Source: Trypanosoma brucei (Eukaryota). Taken from it: a stretch of 64,000 nt of DNA. Below, one piece after another: positions 1 through 10,905 of the stretch. The notes under the pieces are model-generated. The model did no database searches, was not told the DNA's origin, and was given only the letters and a program-made list of their open reading frames with translations. The stretch is from NCBI GenBank assembly GCA_000002445.1, contig CM000207.1, positions 1,216,001 through 1,280,000 on the forward strand, given 5' to 3'. The position numbers were made by a program, and so were the translations under genes. Position 1 is the stretch's first letter; the number at the start of each line of letters is the position of its first letter.

Positions 1-2037
1 AGTGCGAGCAGCTATCATTGCGCTTGCAATAGCCACCCGCCCTGCCTGTGCCGTGTCCTTGAACAGTGCCGTTGCCTCGGCTACAGTTGCACGGGCCTCT
101 TCAGCATCATGAAGTTTGAGGTGAGTTTGTGCAATTAACAGATATAAACTCACATGGTCCTGCACGCTAAGAGGTTGTACGAGCCGTCCCTTGGCGGTGA
201 CGTGCGACTTATCCTTAACGACCTTTAGTGCTTCTTGCAGTGCCTCGAGTGCTTCCTTGTGCTTGTTCATCATCCCAAGTACGGAACCGTACAACAAATT
301 GTACAGAGGTTGATCCTTCACCTCGAAATCCAACGTCAGTGCTTGCTCCAGGGCTTGTGAAGCAAGGCTCACATTCCCAACGTATTGGCAAATCTGCGCT
401 GAAAGGAGAAATGCATCGGGAATAGCGTGCTCATGGCGAATATTTGTGGTGATCATTGCCTGTGCCTTGTTCAGGTTCCCAGAGACAAAATATACTTTTG
501 ACAGAAGAAGTTGTCCCTCCAAACAGCCGGGAACGTGACGAAGTAACAATTCAAGATGACGCTTACACTTCTCAGCGATGGGATCCGCCTTACTAACAGT
601 TGGATCTGGGGGCTCCGTGCGGCAGTGATGCATGTACTCTTTTGCCACTTCAAGCATCAGTGGTGGGTTGAGTTTAATGTACAACTCCAACCCCGATGAT
701 CCCGATCCCACTTCTTGCCTTATTGCCTCGGCCGTTTGGTCAAGAAAGTGTAGCGCTTTTGACTCATTTCTGTGCCGCCGCCACTGAAGAATGGCGTTGA
801 GGGCACTGAGCTCTGGATTTCGTTGGTTCGATGCCTGAATCTCGTTCGGAAACTCTATCTGTTTCGCTGCGTCATCAAGGTTTCCTGTGAAAATGAGGCA
901 GCGAATTAAACCGAGCAGTGGAAGGACGCTACTGTCTGCAGAGGCGGAGGCCTTCTTGAAGGTTGCGAGGGCTGTTTTGTACTCACCGCGGAGGAGTTGT
1001 TGGAAGCCAACTTCAGTCAAATACTCACCTCTCTGTGGAGCCATGCGGTGGGCAGCCTCCGCAAACTGCATCGTAACACCCAAAAGAGGCGGATATGACC
1101 CACTAAGGCGCGAGAAGCACTGTGCATACTCAAAAAAGAGGGCCGCATTTTTTGGTTCCTTTTCCTGTAACGCCTCGAATAAGGACGGTAACTGAGCAGC
1201 AGCGGCCTCATATCGGGCATCCTTCACCAGTAAAAACAGGGTGTTCAAAGCAAGTGCCTCCAGATTAGTTTTATCTTTCCCAAGAATGCGCTTCGTCGTT
1301 TCGGTGCACTGCTCCCAGTCCTCTGCCTTCATGAGGTGCCGAGCCTTCACAATAAGGGCAGGAGTGAAACTCGGATGGCTGACAATGAGTTTATTGAGTA
1401 ACTGCTGGGCAGGAAAAAACTGGTACTTGCGCTCAAAGAAAGCGACACGGCCCATGGTAGAGTCAATGTCCATTGGTTCCCCATTTTGACTCTCCATATT
1501 CATCACTTTCTGGAAAAGAGACCCGCATTTCTCGAGGAAGGCCCCACGACCAATGCTGAGGTCCACCCACGCACGTATCGTTGCAAGATTTGTGCATTCA
1601 TCACGATGCGTCTCCTGAACATCCTCATAGCGGAGTAATATGTCCCGGGCACCAGCTGCGTCACCGGACAACCACATCAGCGCTGCTGCCTGCACCCAGC
1701 CATCTATACTGTTTGCTGCTGTATCTCCATCAGCATAAGCTGCCAGAGCCCGCTCCGCCGAAGCGAGTCCCTCTGTATCCTTACTTCTGCGGTAGATAAG
1801 CACAATACCCATCAATGCGGGTATAACCGTTTCGCGGTGTTGCTGCGCTGATTTGTACTCTCTCAACGCCTCGTTAGGCTGACCCTGCTTGTCGTAGCAC
1901 AATGCACGCCACACACGAAACAACCAGCTGTCCGTTGATTTAATTGTGTCGGTGCAAACGAGCTCCGCATGGCGCCACAGCTTCTCCCGCGCGTAAAACA
2001 TCATCAGCGCATAGTTGGTACGTATTAAGGAGGGCAT
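1..2037 (-). CDS. IFT139: Partial CDS of an IFT139/TTC21B-like TPR protein (intraflagellar transport complex A). Only the N-terminal ~680 aa are in the window; the 3' end runs off the left edge.
   Basis: Manual reverse-complement translation from the ATG at 2035-2037 gives an uninterrupted frame to position 1. It is missing from the ORF track because there is no stop in the window. The product starts MPSLIRTNYALMMFYAREKLW...FRVWRALCYDKQGQPNEALREYKSAQQ and includes IVSHPSFTPALIVKARHLMKAEDWEQCTETTKRIL. These segments align with human TTC21B ([62 protein letters not shown]). The protein is TPR-rich throughout. Confidence 0.7.
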   Translation of the reverse strand, partial: MPSLIRTNYALMMFYAREKLWRHAELVCTDTIKSTDSWLFRVWRALCYDKQGQPNEALREYKSAQQHRETVIPALMGIVLIYRRSKDTEGLASAERALAAYADGDTAANSIDGWVQAAALMWLSGDAAGARDILLRYEDVQETHRDECTNLATIRAWVDLSIGRGAFLEKCGSLFQKVMNMESQNGEPMDIDSTMGRVAFFERKYQFFPAQQLLNKLIVSHPSFTPALIVKARHLMKAEDWEQCTETTKRILGKDKTNLEALALNTLFLLVKDARYEAAAAQLPSLFEALQEKEPKNAALFFEYAQCFSRLSGSYPPLLGVTMQFAEAAHRMAPQRGEYLTEVGFQQLLRGEYKTALATFKKASASADSSVLPLLGLIRCLIFTGNLDDAAKQIEFPNEIQASNQRNPELSALNAILQWRRHRNESKALHFLDQTAEAIRQEVGSGSSGLELYIKLNPPLMLEVAKEYMHHCRTEPPDPTVSKADPIAEKCKRHLELLLRHVPGCLEGQLLLSKVYFVSGNLNKAQAMITTNIRHEHAIPDAFLLSAQICQYVGNVSLASQALEQALTLDFEVKDQPLYNLLYGSVLGMMNKHKEALEALQEALKVVKDKSHVTAKGRLVQPLSVQDHVSLYLLIAQTHLKLHDAEEARATVAEATALFKDTAQAGRVAIASAMIAART

Positions 2038-3344
2038 TGCCTCACAACACCGATCAGCTTCGAACCCTTATCTCACTTGTAGTTGTGCTTATCAATATTT
2101 AACTTCCACTTTTTTTCCAATGAGAACACCCTATAGAAGTTATGATGGCAGTAACAGACCACGGTATGGGGGAAAATAACCAAAAGCGAGAAAATATTAC
2201 ACAAAGTTTTTTGAAAAACATCCCTCTCGCATACAAGCTTAACAAGATGTATGTAAAAGGGAATTGCACACATTGGAAGGGCGATAAAAGATATGAGATG
2301 CAGAAAGCCACGCGGATCACAAGCAAGCCTACACTGGGGATAACGAAATATGGAAAGATTAAGAACAGTTGAGCACTTGGGTCTAAAACATTAGTACAAA
2401 TGCCGAAGCGCAGACACAACACATTACCACCGCAAAGGGGGGAAAACGAAGGATCGCACACCTCACCCATCGCTGCCGCATCACTGTGATAGAGAGACGC
2501 TCCCTACTTCCTCTGAAGCGAACACGTCTTATCCAATCCATAACCAACAGCATTTTCAAAATTGCTCTTGTTCAGCAATATGTGACCTCAAAATCTCACT
2601 GCAAATGCATAGCCATATCTAAGAGGTCATGACGAATTAAATGTTTCTGATCGAAAGCAGGAAACCCCTCCTACCGCCCCCCCCCTCCGCTACCTTCAGT
2701 CAACAAGACCGCGATGCAGCGGAGTTCAACTGGGTCTGGAGGATAGAGGATTCGCGCCCCCCTTTGGCTCGCATCGCTGGTCGACATGAAAGGGCATGGG
2801 ACAGTGAGTCCACGCCTTAGATGGCTGTCAAAAGCAATAGCACCAACGAAGAGGCACAGCATCGCGATGTGAAAATTAAAAAAAAAACATGGTCAATGCC
2901 AGCGGCTACAGGTTGACGTGCTGCGGTTCGGAAGCAGCATCTCCCTACGGACAAAGGAGGCAAACCGAGCTACCACTAACGAAAGCGGACAGCTGGGACA
3001 GTAACACAACAGCGCCTCTGCCCACCCTTTCAGGTAGTACAAGGGATAAAAACTATCAAGTGACAAAAGGGAGGGCACAGAGTAGACCACCCTGTGGCGA
3101 AACGTTATGCCAGTGACATGGCCCTCTGTTACACCGACGGGAGACCACAGAGGCATCTTGCATTCGCGTGTCCGTGATTACTCTACTCCGAAAGTCTCTG
3201 TTATTTGCACATGGGGACTCAACAGCATCGGCACCGAAACCACCGCTCCTTGAAAGAGCAGCACGGCAGTCCACAAATACACACGTATACATGCAGCTGC
3301 ATACTCACACACACCAGGCATTTTGACATACTAGAGAACACGCA

Positions 3345-4310
3345 TCACTTCGCACCTCGCCGGCCCTCCTCCGTTTCCTTCTTTGATGTTCCACCCGTAT
3401 CTCTTGACTTAAAGGTACTACCACTGGGCTCCACATGCCCGCCACCTCGACGGGGTATTGGCAACACCGCCGACGCCCTGGGTCTAACCTTCGGTGTTCC
3501 GGCACTCACATGAACTGCAGCAACCTCCTTTCCATTTGGCCGAGCCGCCTCCTCCGCCGGCAATCCCCCCACGTGACTTACATTTGCCGCTGATCCGTCT
3601 GGTGTCGGTTCTTCTTCCGTAGCCTCTGTTATTGTTAACTTCGATGGTGGTGGTGGTGCTGGCGCGGGTACAGTCGGTGACGATAGCTGTGGCGGCGGTG
3701 CGAGCAGACTCCAACCTAACTGTCTTGCCTCTGCTTCCACCAGTTCCTCCTCGGTGTGCACTACCGTTACAACCGGCGTGATACACACCCAATCGGCCAC
3801 ATACGGGGGCGAAATGCGGACAATGGGGCGATATAACTCTACATATTGCATATCCCCCATCCGTACCTTGTCCCCGGCGAAGCTGCGATATTCCTGAAAT
3901 ATAGAAACTAACGACCATCCCTGTAGTAGCCGTAGACACGCCGCAACAGTGCCCGTCCTGTGTTTCCCCTTGTTGCAATGAATAAGAACGGGGTGAAGTC
4001 TCGTGTCGATGAGGGCAGAGAGAATACGATGCATCAGCGGTTCTGAGATATCCATGAAAGGTTCTTTGTTTCCCTCAGTGGCAAATCGACGAATTGTTAT
4101 TCCGCTTTCTTCGCAGAACTTTACATTACTTTCCGCATAGTCCTCGGGGCAGAGATATATGATGGTGCGCAACCCCAGAGCACGGATGAAGCGGTAGTTT
4201 TTGCGTGTCGGGTAACCGGAACGGTACACACCAGGGCACACCATTGCAAAATTGATAGTTGGAACGAGTTGCTCCCTCACCTCCGGAGGTGGTTGCCCCG
4301 GAAGTGTCAT
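3345..4310 (-). CDS. Plant/fungal atypical dual-specificity (PFA-DSP / Siw14-like) protein tyrosine phosphatase with a long Pro/Ala/Gly-rich C-terminal extension.
   Basis: ATG verified at 4308-4310. Catalytic CX5R loop HCNKGKHRTG. The N-terminal INFAMVCPGVYRSGYP matches the Siw14-family start. The C-terminal ~130 aa are low complexity (APPPQLSSPTVPAPAPPPPSK...). Confidence 0.75.
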   Translation of the reverse strand: MTLPGQPPPEVREQLVPTINFAMVCPGVYRSGYPTRKNYRFIRALGLRTIIYLCPEDYAESNVKFCEESGITIRRFATEGNKEPFMDISEPLMHRILSALIDTRLHPVLIHCNKGKHRTGTVAACLRLLQGWSLVSIFQEYRSFAGDKVRMGDMQYVELYRPIVRISPPYVADWVCITPVVTVVHTEEELVEAEARQLGWSLLAPPPQLSSPTVPAPAPPPPSKLTITEATEEEPTPDGSAANVSHVGGLPAEEAARPNGKEVAAVHVSAGTPKVRPRASAVLPIPRRGGGHVEPSGSTFKSRDTGGTSKKETEEGRRGAK

Positions 4311-5699
4311 GGTGTAACTCCAAATATGTCACTACAGTAATCAATAACGTAAATACGCTGGACTTCCCTTCCCTACAGAACAGAAAAGACGCAACACAAA
4401 TAAAGGGCCGACCGTCAAGAAGAGCGTGCGCGCAACAGCCCACGCAACCGCTGCAGCCTTCCGATGGCAGGGGCCCTTGCTAAAAAAAAAAAATAAAGAA
4501 AAAAGCGAGTAACAATGTGGTGAAACCCTGCAGTAGAGGTAACGGACAGCAATGTCGTGGAAGCAGCAACAATGTGGTGCGTAGCGCCTTCGAACCGCAC
4601 GATCAAATATCTGACGCGTTCTGACTGAAGTCAACACTCTCCCCCGCCCGCAGAAATTGTGCAACTCAATATTCATTGTCACTGCAATCGCATTTCTCAG
4701 CACCCCAAAAAGTTATGTGGCACACTTTGCGCGTATGGACAAAAGAAGAAAAGGAAAAAGACACAGACAACGCGCCTGCGAATGTGAAAAGCGTATCACA
4801 CCGTTACTTCCATTTGTTGATAGTGGCGTACAAATCTTTCAAATGAAGCCCCCAAAACCCCAAGCAGCCGAATAGGTTTGTATTCTGCAGAAACTCTATG
4901 AGGACTTCTTTTTCATTCAATTGGTATTGAAGGATTGGTACACCATTTGTTGGTAAAGTTAGGCCTTCTCTCATACCACGATATTCATGCAATAGAGCAA
5001 AATCCCCTTTCGCCCCATTGAGCGTCGAACGCAGCGCGACTATTCAACGGCAGTTTCCCCTTACTCGCCTTCACCTACCACTAAGGAGCATGCGCCCATT
5101 CCTCCCCCAACAAAAAAAAAAAGAGCGACAGGAATGAAAATGAAAATAATAAATAAATAGGTGCTGTCAGGAGCAGGAAGAATCCCCAAGAAAGGAGAGA
5201 GACCAGCCAATGACAACTGTACCGCTGTGCATATTACTACAGTTATTATCGTTATCATTTTGAAGTGCAATTAATATAACATGAGCAAGGACGCAGCAGA
5301 CGTAGAACCAATATATTTTTATATTTTTTGATGTCGGCAAGGACACCCTTGTTGCACGGGGTGTGCTCTTGGACACACAATGATGCGTTGCTTGGCGCAC
5401 CGAAAAGAATATGAAGGGGGAGAAAAAAACAGTCGATGCTGTATACTTCGCATCAAAAGTACAAACTATTTACAAAGAGGAAAACTGTTTTTTTCTTTTT
5501 CTTTGAAGGAGCACCCAGCATAGTGAGCGACAAGTAACTCCGTAGCAACGAGAAACTGATGCAAAGTGAGGGGAACAAGGATGTGTCAACAACGCCTGCC
5601 TGGCAGAGCACCGATATCATCCGTAACCTCGGACCAACTTGGTGAAGCTGCGGGTTAAACCAAATGAAGCAGGCAAAATATGAAAAAAAAAAAGAAGTA

Positions 5700-8471
5700 T
5701 TACTGAAAAGGAGGCGGTAGCTCGGGTGATCCAGTAATCAAATCCATAGAAAACGGAAGCGGCTGGGCCTCGAATGGTACGGCGCAAGGCCCAACACCAC
5801 TATCCATGATCCAAAGATCGGGAGGCGGCTCCGCCCGTTCCTCCGGAGGTTGCTGCTTTGGTGGGTGCCCCTTGGTCAGGAGTTTGCTCCGTTTTGCCTC
5901 CAAGAACAGCCAAATATTTACGTCAGCCGCGAACAACTGCCCTAGTTCCAAAAATATCTCCAACTGATGTGTACACACCTCTTGCGAGGTGTCGACGCGG
6001 TAGCCCGTTGTGTACGCAGTGTCTTTTGTCGGATCCAATAGTCTGTGATACTGACCAAAGTTATGGATAACATCCAAGGGCAGCAGTCTACAGGGCATGG
6101 GAATTCCCGACCCGTCTGCCCCCGTCGCCTCATTCTGAAGCATGCCGGAAGTTTCCGCACCACACGCCGCCCCCGAAAATGACCTGGTTATATCTTCCTC
6201 CGATTCCCCGGTACCCAAAGGAGTAATTGGGCGGGGAATCGATGTTGACCCCAAATCTTGTTCCGGGGGTGTCTTCTGCGTGGTAGGGGGAACGTCCTTT
6301 ATACCTTTACTCGCCTTCAAAATTTTATCAGGATCGCTGTGCTTCGCATCACTTGATAGACTGCTACGTGCCTGAACGAATACGTGTACAGGAATACGCT
6401 GACGGCTAGTTGTGAGGCTGCTTTTAACCGCTTTGGTTGCCTTTGAGAAGAGGCTACGCATCAGCCCCTTGCCACTCTTACTTTTGCTTGCTCCAGTGCC
6501 GCCTTGGTCACGCCCCGCCTTCGCTAACATTGCAGCGCTCAAGCGCGCCACGTCAGCAGCGGGTAAATCCTGGTAGAGATCTGGGAAGCGCCGCGAAGCC
6601 CGAATATAGAAAGAGGAAAGCATTCCTATCATCCGGGGGTGAGAAATGTAGTAGTTCTTCGAAAGCGGATCCCTCTCTCCTCCTCGTAAACTGTGAGAAT
6701 TCTGCTCATACAGCCTATTACTACATGATTGCCGTACGATCGTTCCGTCCAAAAACGATAGCAAACCTAGCGTCTCAACCGAAAGGGTTGCCACTTCCCA
6801 ATTATGGTATAACCGCGTCTTGGAAATGGCAGTTGCAAATTTAGAATTACCACCGAGGTTGTCTGGAAGAAAACGCTGGTAATCCAAAGAGTAGACGATA
6901 CGGTTAGGTTGCCGCCATGTGGTGCTAGAATCATGACCTTCGAAGTAGCTACCACCTGTGTTTCTCATAGGAGAGAGTCCTTTTCTATAATTCCCCAAAA
7001 GGCGAGATGCACTATACTCAACAAATGCATCATGTGCCTCCCCCATCGGGGCAGCTTCCACATGAAATAAAGAGTTCAACGAGCGATCCGTGGACAGAGC
7101 CCCTGACCCAGCAACCGAGCAAACATGAGCCTGCGCGACCACAGCTCCTAGCACCTGTCGGAATGCTTGCCGCTGTTCCTTGGAGACAAGCGATTTAACG
7201 GCGTCCTCCACCTTGTCACTTGATGGCACCAAGTCAGTCGGTGCGAAAAAGAACCGCCGGCTATGATCTGGCGATACACCCACAAATCCTGTGCGTGCGT
7301 CCGCTATCCAAATGTGAGCACGGTCCACTCCTGCAGTGTCACTTCCATACAACATCAAACGCGGGAGGATCTCCGCTGTCGACCCCAACATAAACGAAGA
7401 GCTTGCCCACATTTCCTCCACAACACCAAAACCTTCCGGCGGAAGGTACGGAACAATAGGAAGCGCCCATATAAAGGGAACGAGCATCGACTGCGCACTA
7501 ATAACACACGCGGAAGCATGCTGCGGAGTTACACCAATAAAAACGACTCGCTCCTCCTGCAGCAGCAAGGAATGTATCACGCGGAGAGCGTCGTAAGAAA
7601 AACTTAAGCACAGAGTCCGCAGTGGAACATCAGTAAAAGGATGGTGAAGGTCATTCGGGCGAATAACAGGAACTGACGCACGCTCAAATTGCAAGTAAAA
7701 GTGATTGTTGACGGGAGTTTTGCAAGCGTTACTGCAACCGTCAACTAGGTCCGAAAGCGGCCACATTGCTTTGGTGTAAGCCGAATTGTCAGCTCTCGCC
7801 AGCCCTTCGACGTTCTGACTACCGAAGTGCCCTCTGCCAATCCCATGGGAAATGCAAAGAACATGAGGGACAGTCTCCAGCACGATAGTGCGCATTGTAT
7901 TAAACAATGGGGATGCGGAAAGTATGGTGATTAGTAATCCCTCCGCGGCACACCCTGTGTAAATAAAGTACGTAAAACCGTACAAGTAACCTTCATCATC
8001 TGTTCTCTTCTCGTCTTCACCATAGCTACCACTGTTGTAGCATACCACATCCATGGCTGTTCCAGATCCAGCGGCACGCAAGCACGCAGAACCAAACTGG
8101 CATGACGGGACTTGGATGAAGAGACCTTCCTCCCCAATGGGTGAGACATCCTTCGCACCATACGCACCACCAGCAGGTTGCAAGCCTCCACCATTCATCG
8201 TTTTAAGCAACAGCCTTCCGCAAAACCTCTTCAAAAGTGAACACAGGACGCTGTTCTTTTCAACAACATCCTCAGATGCACAAGCATCGGCAACGCACTC
8301 CCTACTGCCCCTATCATTATTTCCACTTCCTCCATTGTTGAACACAACAATTGGTTCCAACACTGCTGCAGGAACCGACCCTTCGTCACGAGCACCAACG
8401 TTGTCACAGTAAGAATCCTGTACCCAAACGCGATGCAGCGACACAGTATGTGCTAATGGGCAAACCTGCAT
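5700..8471 (-). CDS. Large hypothetical protein (923 aa) with a DENN-like core; putative Rab-GEF-type protein.
   Basis: ATG verified at 8469-8471. The segment LVPFIWALPIVPYLPPEGFGVVEEMWASSSFMLG resembles the cDENN signature (PF.W...YIPVLPP.....P.PYLMG). The rest shows no features I recognise. Confidence 0.5.
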   Translation of the reverse strand: MQVCPLAHTVSLHRVWVQDSYCDNVGARDEGSVPAAVLEPIVVFNNGGSGNNDRGSRECVADACASEDVVEKNSVLCSLLKRFCGRLLLKTMNGGGLQPAGGAYGAKDVSPIGEEGLFIQVPSCQFGSACLRAAGSGTAMDVVCYNSGSYGEDEKRTDDEGYLYGFTYFIYTGCAAEGLLITILSASPLFNTMRTIVLETVPHVLCISHGIGRGHFGSQNVEGLARADNSAYTKAMWPLSDLVDGCSNACKTPVNNHFYLQFERASVPVIRPNDLHHPFTDVPLRTLCLSFSYDALRVIHSLLLQEERVVFIGVTPQHASACVISAQSMLVPFIWALPIVPYLPPEGFGVVEEMWASSSFMLGSTAEILPRLMLYGSDTAGVDRAHIWIADARTGFVGVSPDHSRRFFFAPTDLVPSSDKVEDAVKSLVSKEQRQAFRQVLGAVVAQAHVCSVAGSGALSTDRSLNSLFHVEAAPMGEAHDAFVEYSASRLLGNYRKGLSPMRNTGGSYFEGHDSSTTWRQPNRIVYSLDYQRFLPDNLGGNSKFATAISKTRLYHNWEVATLSVETLGLLSFLDGTIVRQSCSNRLYEQNSHSLRGGERDPLSKNYYISHPRMIGMLSSFYIRASRRFPDLYQDLPAADVARLSAAMLAKAGRDQGGTGASKSKSGKGLMRSLFSKATKAVKSSLTTSRQRIPVHVFVQARSSLSSDAKHSDPDKILKASKGIKDVPPTTQKTPPEQDLGSTSIPRPITPLGTGESEEDITRSFSGAACGAETSGMLQNEATGADGSGIPMPCRLLPLDVIHNFGQYHRLLDPTKDTAYTTGYRVDTSQEVCTHQLEIFLELGQLFAADVNIWLFLEAKRSKLLTKGHPPKQQPPEERAEPPPDLWIMDSGVGPCAVPFEAQPLPFSMDLITGSPELPPPFQ

Positions 8472-8490
8472 ATTTGCTAAACCTCACAAA

Positions 8491-8507
8491 TATATATATA
8501 TATATAC
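8491..8507. repeat. (TA)8 microsatellite immediately upstream (5' UTR side) of the DENN-like gene.
   Basis: tatatatatatatatat read directly at 8491-8507. Confidence 0.9.
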
Positions 8508-8795
8508 TGATGCACGTGAAAGGGAGAAGTTAAATACCCAAACTTCAGCCGTTTTGTGAGGAGGAAGAAGGAGTCTGGCACTAACAAACATCGTGGGATA
8601 GGGACAATCGCCAACAAACCGTGGGAGCAAGGAGACAAAATCACGTACTCAAGGAACATGAAGTAAAAAAAATATGGAAGCAACAGAATGTTCTGACACA
8701 TAATATGTTATCCCCTACAAAATATATATATTTTTAACACTGACAGTTCGTTTACCGCAGAGCTTCCACGAAAAATAAAATGGCAAAAAGAAAAC

Positions 8796-9692
8796 TCAAG
8801 AATAGTTTTGGTTGAGATGGCGGGCAAAGCGTGGTAACACAAATGCCGCCTTATGGACGTCCGAGTCGTAGTACTTCAGTTCACCCGCAAAAGGCATCGA
8901 CTCGACGGGACGCACGGGTTGGGTCACATCCACGCCAGCCACCTTGGAACATATGAGAGAACCAATGCTTCCGCATGGGTACGTAGGGGTGTAAATCATA
9001 GCGTACTTTACGGAGGCAAAACCCACCTTGTTTTTAATAAAGTCGGCCATCCCTTCAATTAGGTTGCGATTCAACCAAACAGACTCTCCTTGATTACAAC
9101 AGATGCCGCGTGGTTTCAGGATGCGCAGCACGTCCCGATAAAACTTCTCCCCAAACAACTCAGCTGCGGGGCCGTCAGGGTCTGTGGTGTCGATAATAAC
9201 CACGTCAAAACTTTCACTTGCCGCCTCCCTCACGAATGCAACGCCGTCCCCTACCCGCACATCAGCCCTTGGGTCAGAGAAACCGCTCGAAATCTGAGGA
9301 AAATATTTCTTGCTTGCCTCAATCACGTCACCATCAATATCAACGAGAACGCACCGCTTGACAGTGCCGTGGCGCAGAACTTCGCGCATGACACCACCAT
9401 CCCCACCCCCAATGATGAGGACATCCACGGGATCGGGATGAGCGCAGAGAGGGGTGTGGCTCAACATTTCGTGGTAAACAAACTCATCGAAGTCTGTAAG
9501 TTGGATGCAACCGTCAAGCGTCATGACGGTGCCCCACGGCCCTTTGGGATCGGTCTCGAAAATCGACAGGTGCTGGAACTTTGTTGGAGTATCGTGTAGA
9601 ACCTCTTCAACCTTAAAGGACATTGCTTGACCGGGCCACTGCCCATTTTCCTCACGAAACCATCCGTCAGCAAGAAGACCGGGTCCAGGCAT
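8796..9692 (-). CDS. SpdSyn: Spermidine synthase (aminopropyltransferase).
   Basis: ATG verified at 9690-9692. 298 aa. Contains VLIIGGGDGGVMREVLRH (SAM/dcSAM-binding GGGDGG), VDIDGDVIEASKKYFP and DVVIIDTTDPDGPA, which are canonical spermidine synthase motifs. Confidence 0.9.
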   Translation of the reverse strand: MPGPGLLADGWFREENGQWPGQAMSFKVEEVLHDTPTKFQHLSIFETDPKGPWGTVMTLDGCIQLTDFDEFVYHEMLSHTPLCAHPDPVDVLIIGGGDGGVMREVLRHGTVKRCVLVDIDGDVIEASKKYFPQISSGFSDPRADVRVGDGVAFVREAASESFDVVIIDTTDPDGPAAELFGEKFYRDVLRILKPRGICCNQGESVWLNRNLIEGMADFIKNKVGFASVKYAMIYTPTYPCGSIGSLICSKVAGVDVTQPVRPVESMPFAGELKYYDSDVHKAAFVLPRFARHLNQNYS

Positions 9693-10110
9693 CGACTCTC
9701 CGACAGGGCAAACACAAGTCGTGTAGATGAGTGTTTGTAAGGGCAGTAAGAAGCGCTATAATAATACCTTCAGATATCCTTGAGCATCGCAAGGTTGAGA
9801 GGCGGACAAAAAAGGTATTGCATAACCCAAACTCCTGGAGTACAGTTCCTTTTGTATGCGGATGCATATTCGTGTACATGCTATAACATCTGTAGACCTA
9901 CTTTCAGCCTTGCATCGGTGTAAAGCATCACTGACGACGAAAAACGTTAAACAAGATAACCCACACACGCTGATTATAACTCTCGACCGAAAGAAACCAT
10001 TTAATCGCTTCGTCCATCCATTTTATCACCCCCCCCCCCCACAAGACTCTTTATCTCCCCTACCGCAACAAAACATCTGCCGTATGCACCGCAAACTAGA
10101 CGACCACACA

Positions 10111-10905
10111 TCACGCTTTCGCAAGAAAATTCGCGTCAAGAACTAAACCAACAAGAACTGTAATGATAACACTCTGATAAGCACTGTAGAATCTCTCTAA
10201 GGCACGTGCACCATTAGGGCGGTCCCCATAATATATGGGAACAACAGATGAAAGTAATACCAGAGAAGGGGCGGCTCCTTGCACCTCACTGGGTGGTTGC
10301 AATATAACACAGGTTGTAATTAGCACGCAGAAAACAAGGGTGGCACCTAATGTAACCTTATACATAATTTCACGGCAGTTTATCAACCTGAAAGGAACTC
10401 CTTTGCCCTTGGAAACTTTGTCGTCGGTCCCTGATTTGATATCAAACGTTCCTTCCCTAAACTCCCGTCGTTCGTCTCCTTCTGCAATTAACCTGGAAAC
10501 CGAGCGCGAGAGTGCAAGGAAGAAGCCGTTGAACGTGAGGACAAACAGAAGAGACAAAACAAGATCAGAATTCAGCCGATGCGGAGGAAGCATGGGTTTG
10601 TTCTCAATGGTGGCCTTCGTGGCAAACATCTCGTACACCCCGCCGGCTGAGTATTCACGCCGCTGCGGCTGCTTTGTCAACCCCAGGGCAAACCAGCGCT
10701 TTCTGGAAGTGAACAGCTCGTCACCAGCGCCAAATATCAGAGTAAACAAACAAACGATGTGGCACAGCAAGTACCATATCATCTCCAAAGTGATTACCCG
10801 AGTGAGAGGAGCCAATAATGGAGGCAGCTTTGCGCTGTGCTTTGTGCCGGCAGCGCTGCTGAGGGTTGCATCTTGCCTCCCAGCTACAGCTTTTTGATTA
10901 CCCAT
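10111..10905 (-). CDS. Hypothetical multi-pass membrane protein (about four predicted TM helices).
   Basis: ATG verified at 10903-10905. Hydrophobic stretches WYLLCHIVCLFTLIFGA, LVLSLLFVLTFNGFFLALS, TLGATLVFCVLITTCVIL and VIITVLVGLVL. No family recognised. Confidence 0.45.
   Translation of the reverse strand: MGNQKAVAGRQDATLSSAAGTKHSAKLPPLLAPLTRVITLEMIWYLLCHIVCLFTLIFGAGDELFTSRKRWFALGLTKQPQRREYSAGGVYEMFATKATIENKPMLPPHRLNSDLVLSLLFVLTFNGFFLALSRSVSRLIAEGDERREFREGTFDIKSGTDDKVSKGKGVPFRLINCREIMYKVTLGATLVFCVLITTCVILQPPSEVQGAAPSLVLLSSVVPIYYGDRPNGARALERFYSAYQSVIITVLVGLVLDANFLAKA

Noticed and set aside
8053-9599. Plus-strand ORFs antisense to the DENN gene and to spermidine synthase (8053..8412, 9090..9599, 10235..10897, 12402..12749).
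   Set aside because: They overlap strongly supported minus-strand genes. They show no recognisable motifs and have a biased composition.
10029-10040. C12 homopolymer at 10029-10040, and another at 15403-15414, as potential G-quadruplex or regulatory elements.
   Set aside because: Single homopolymer runs are common in trypanosomatid intergenic DNA. There are no multiple G-tracts to form a quadruplex.
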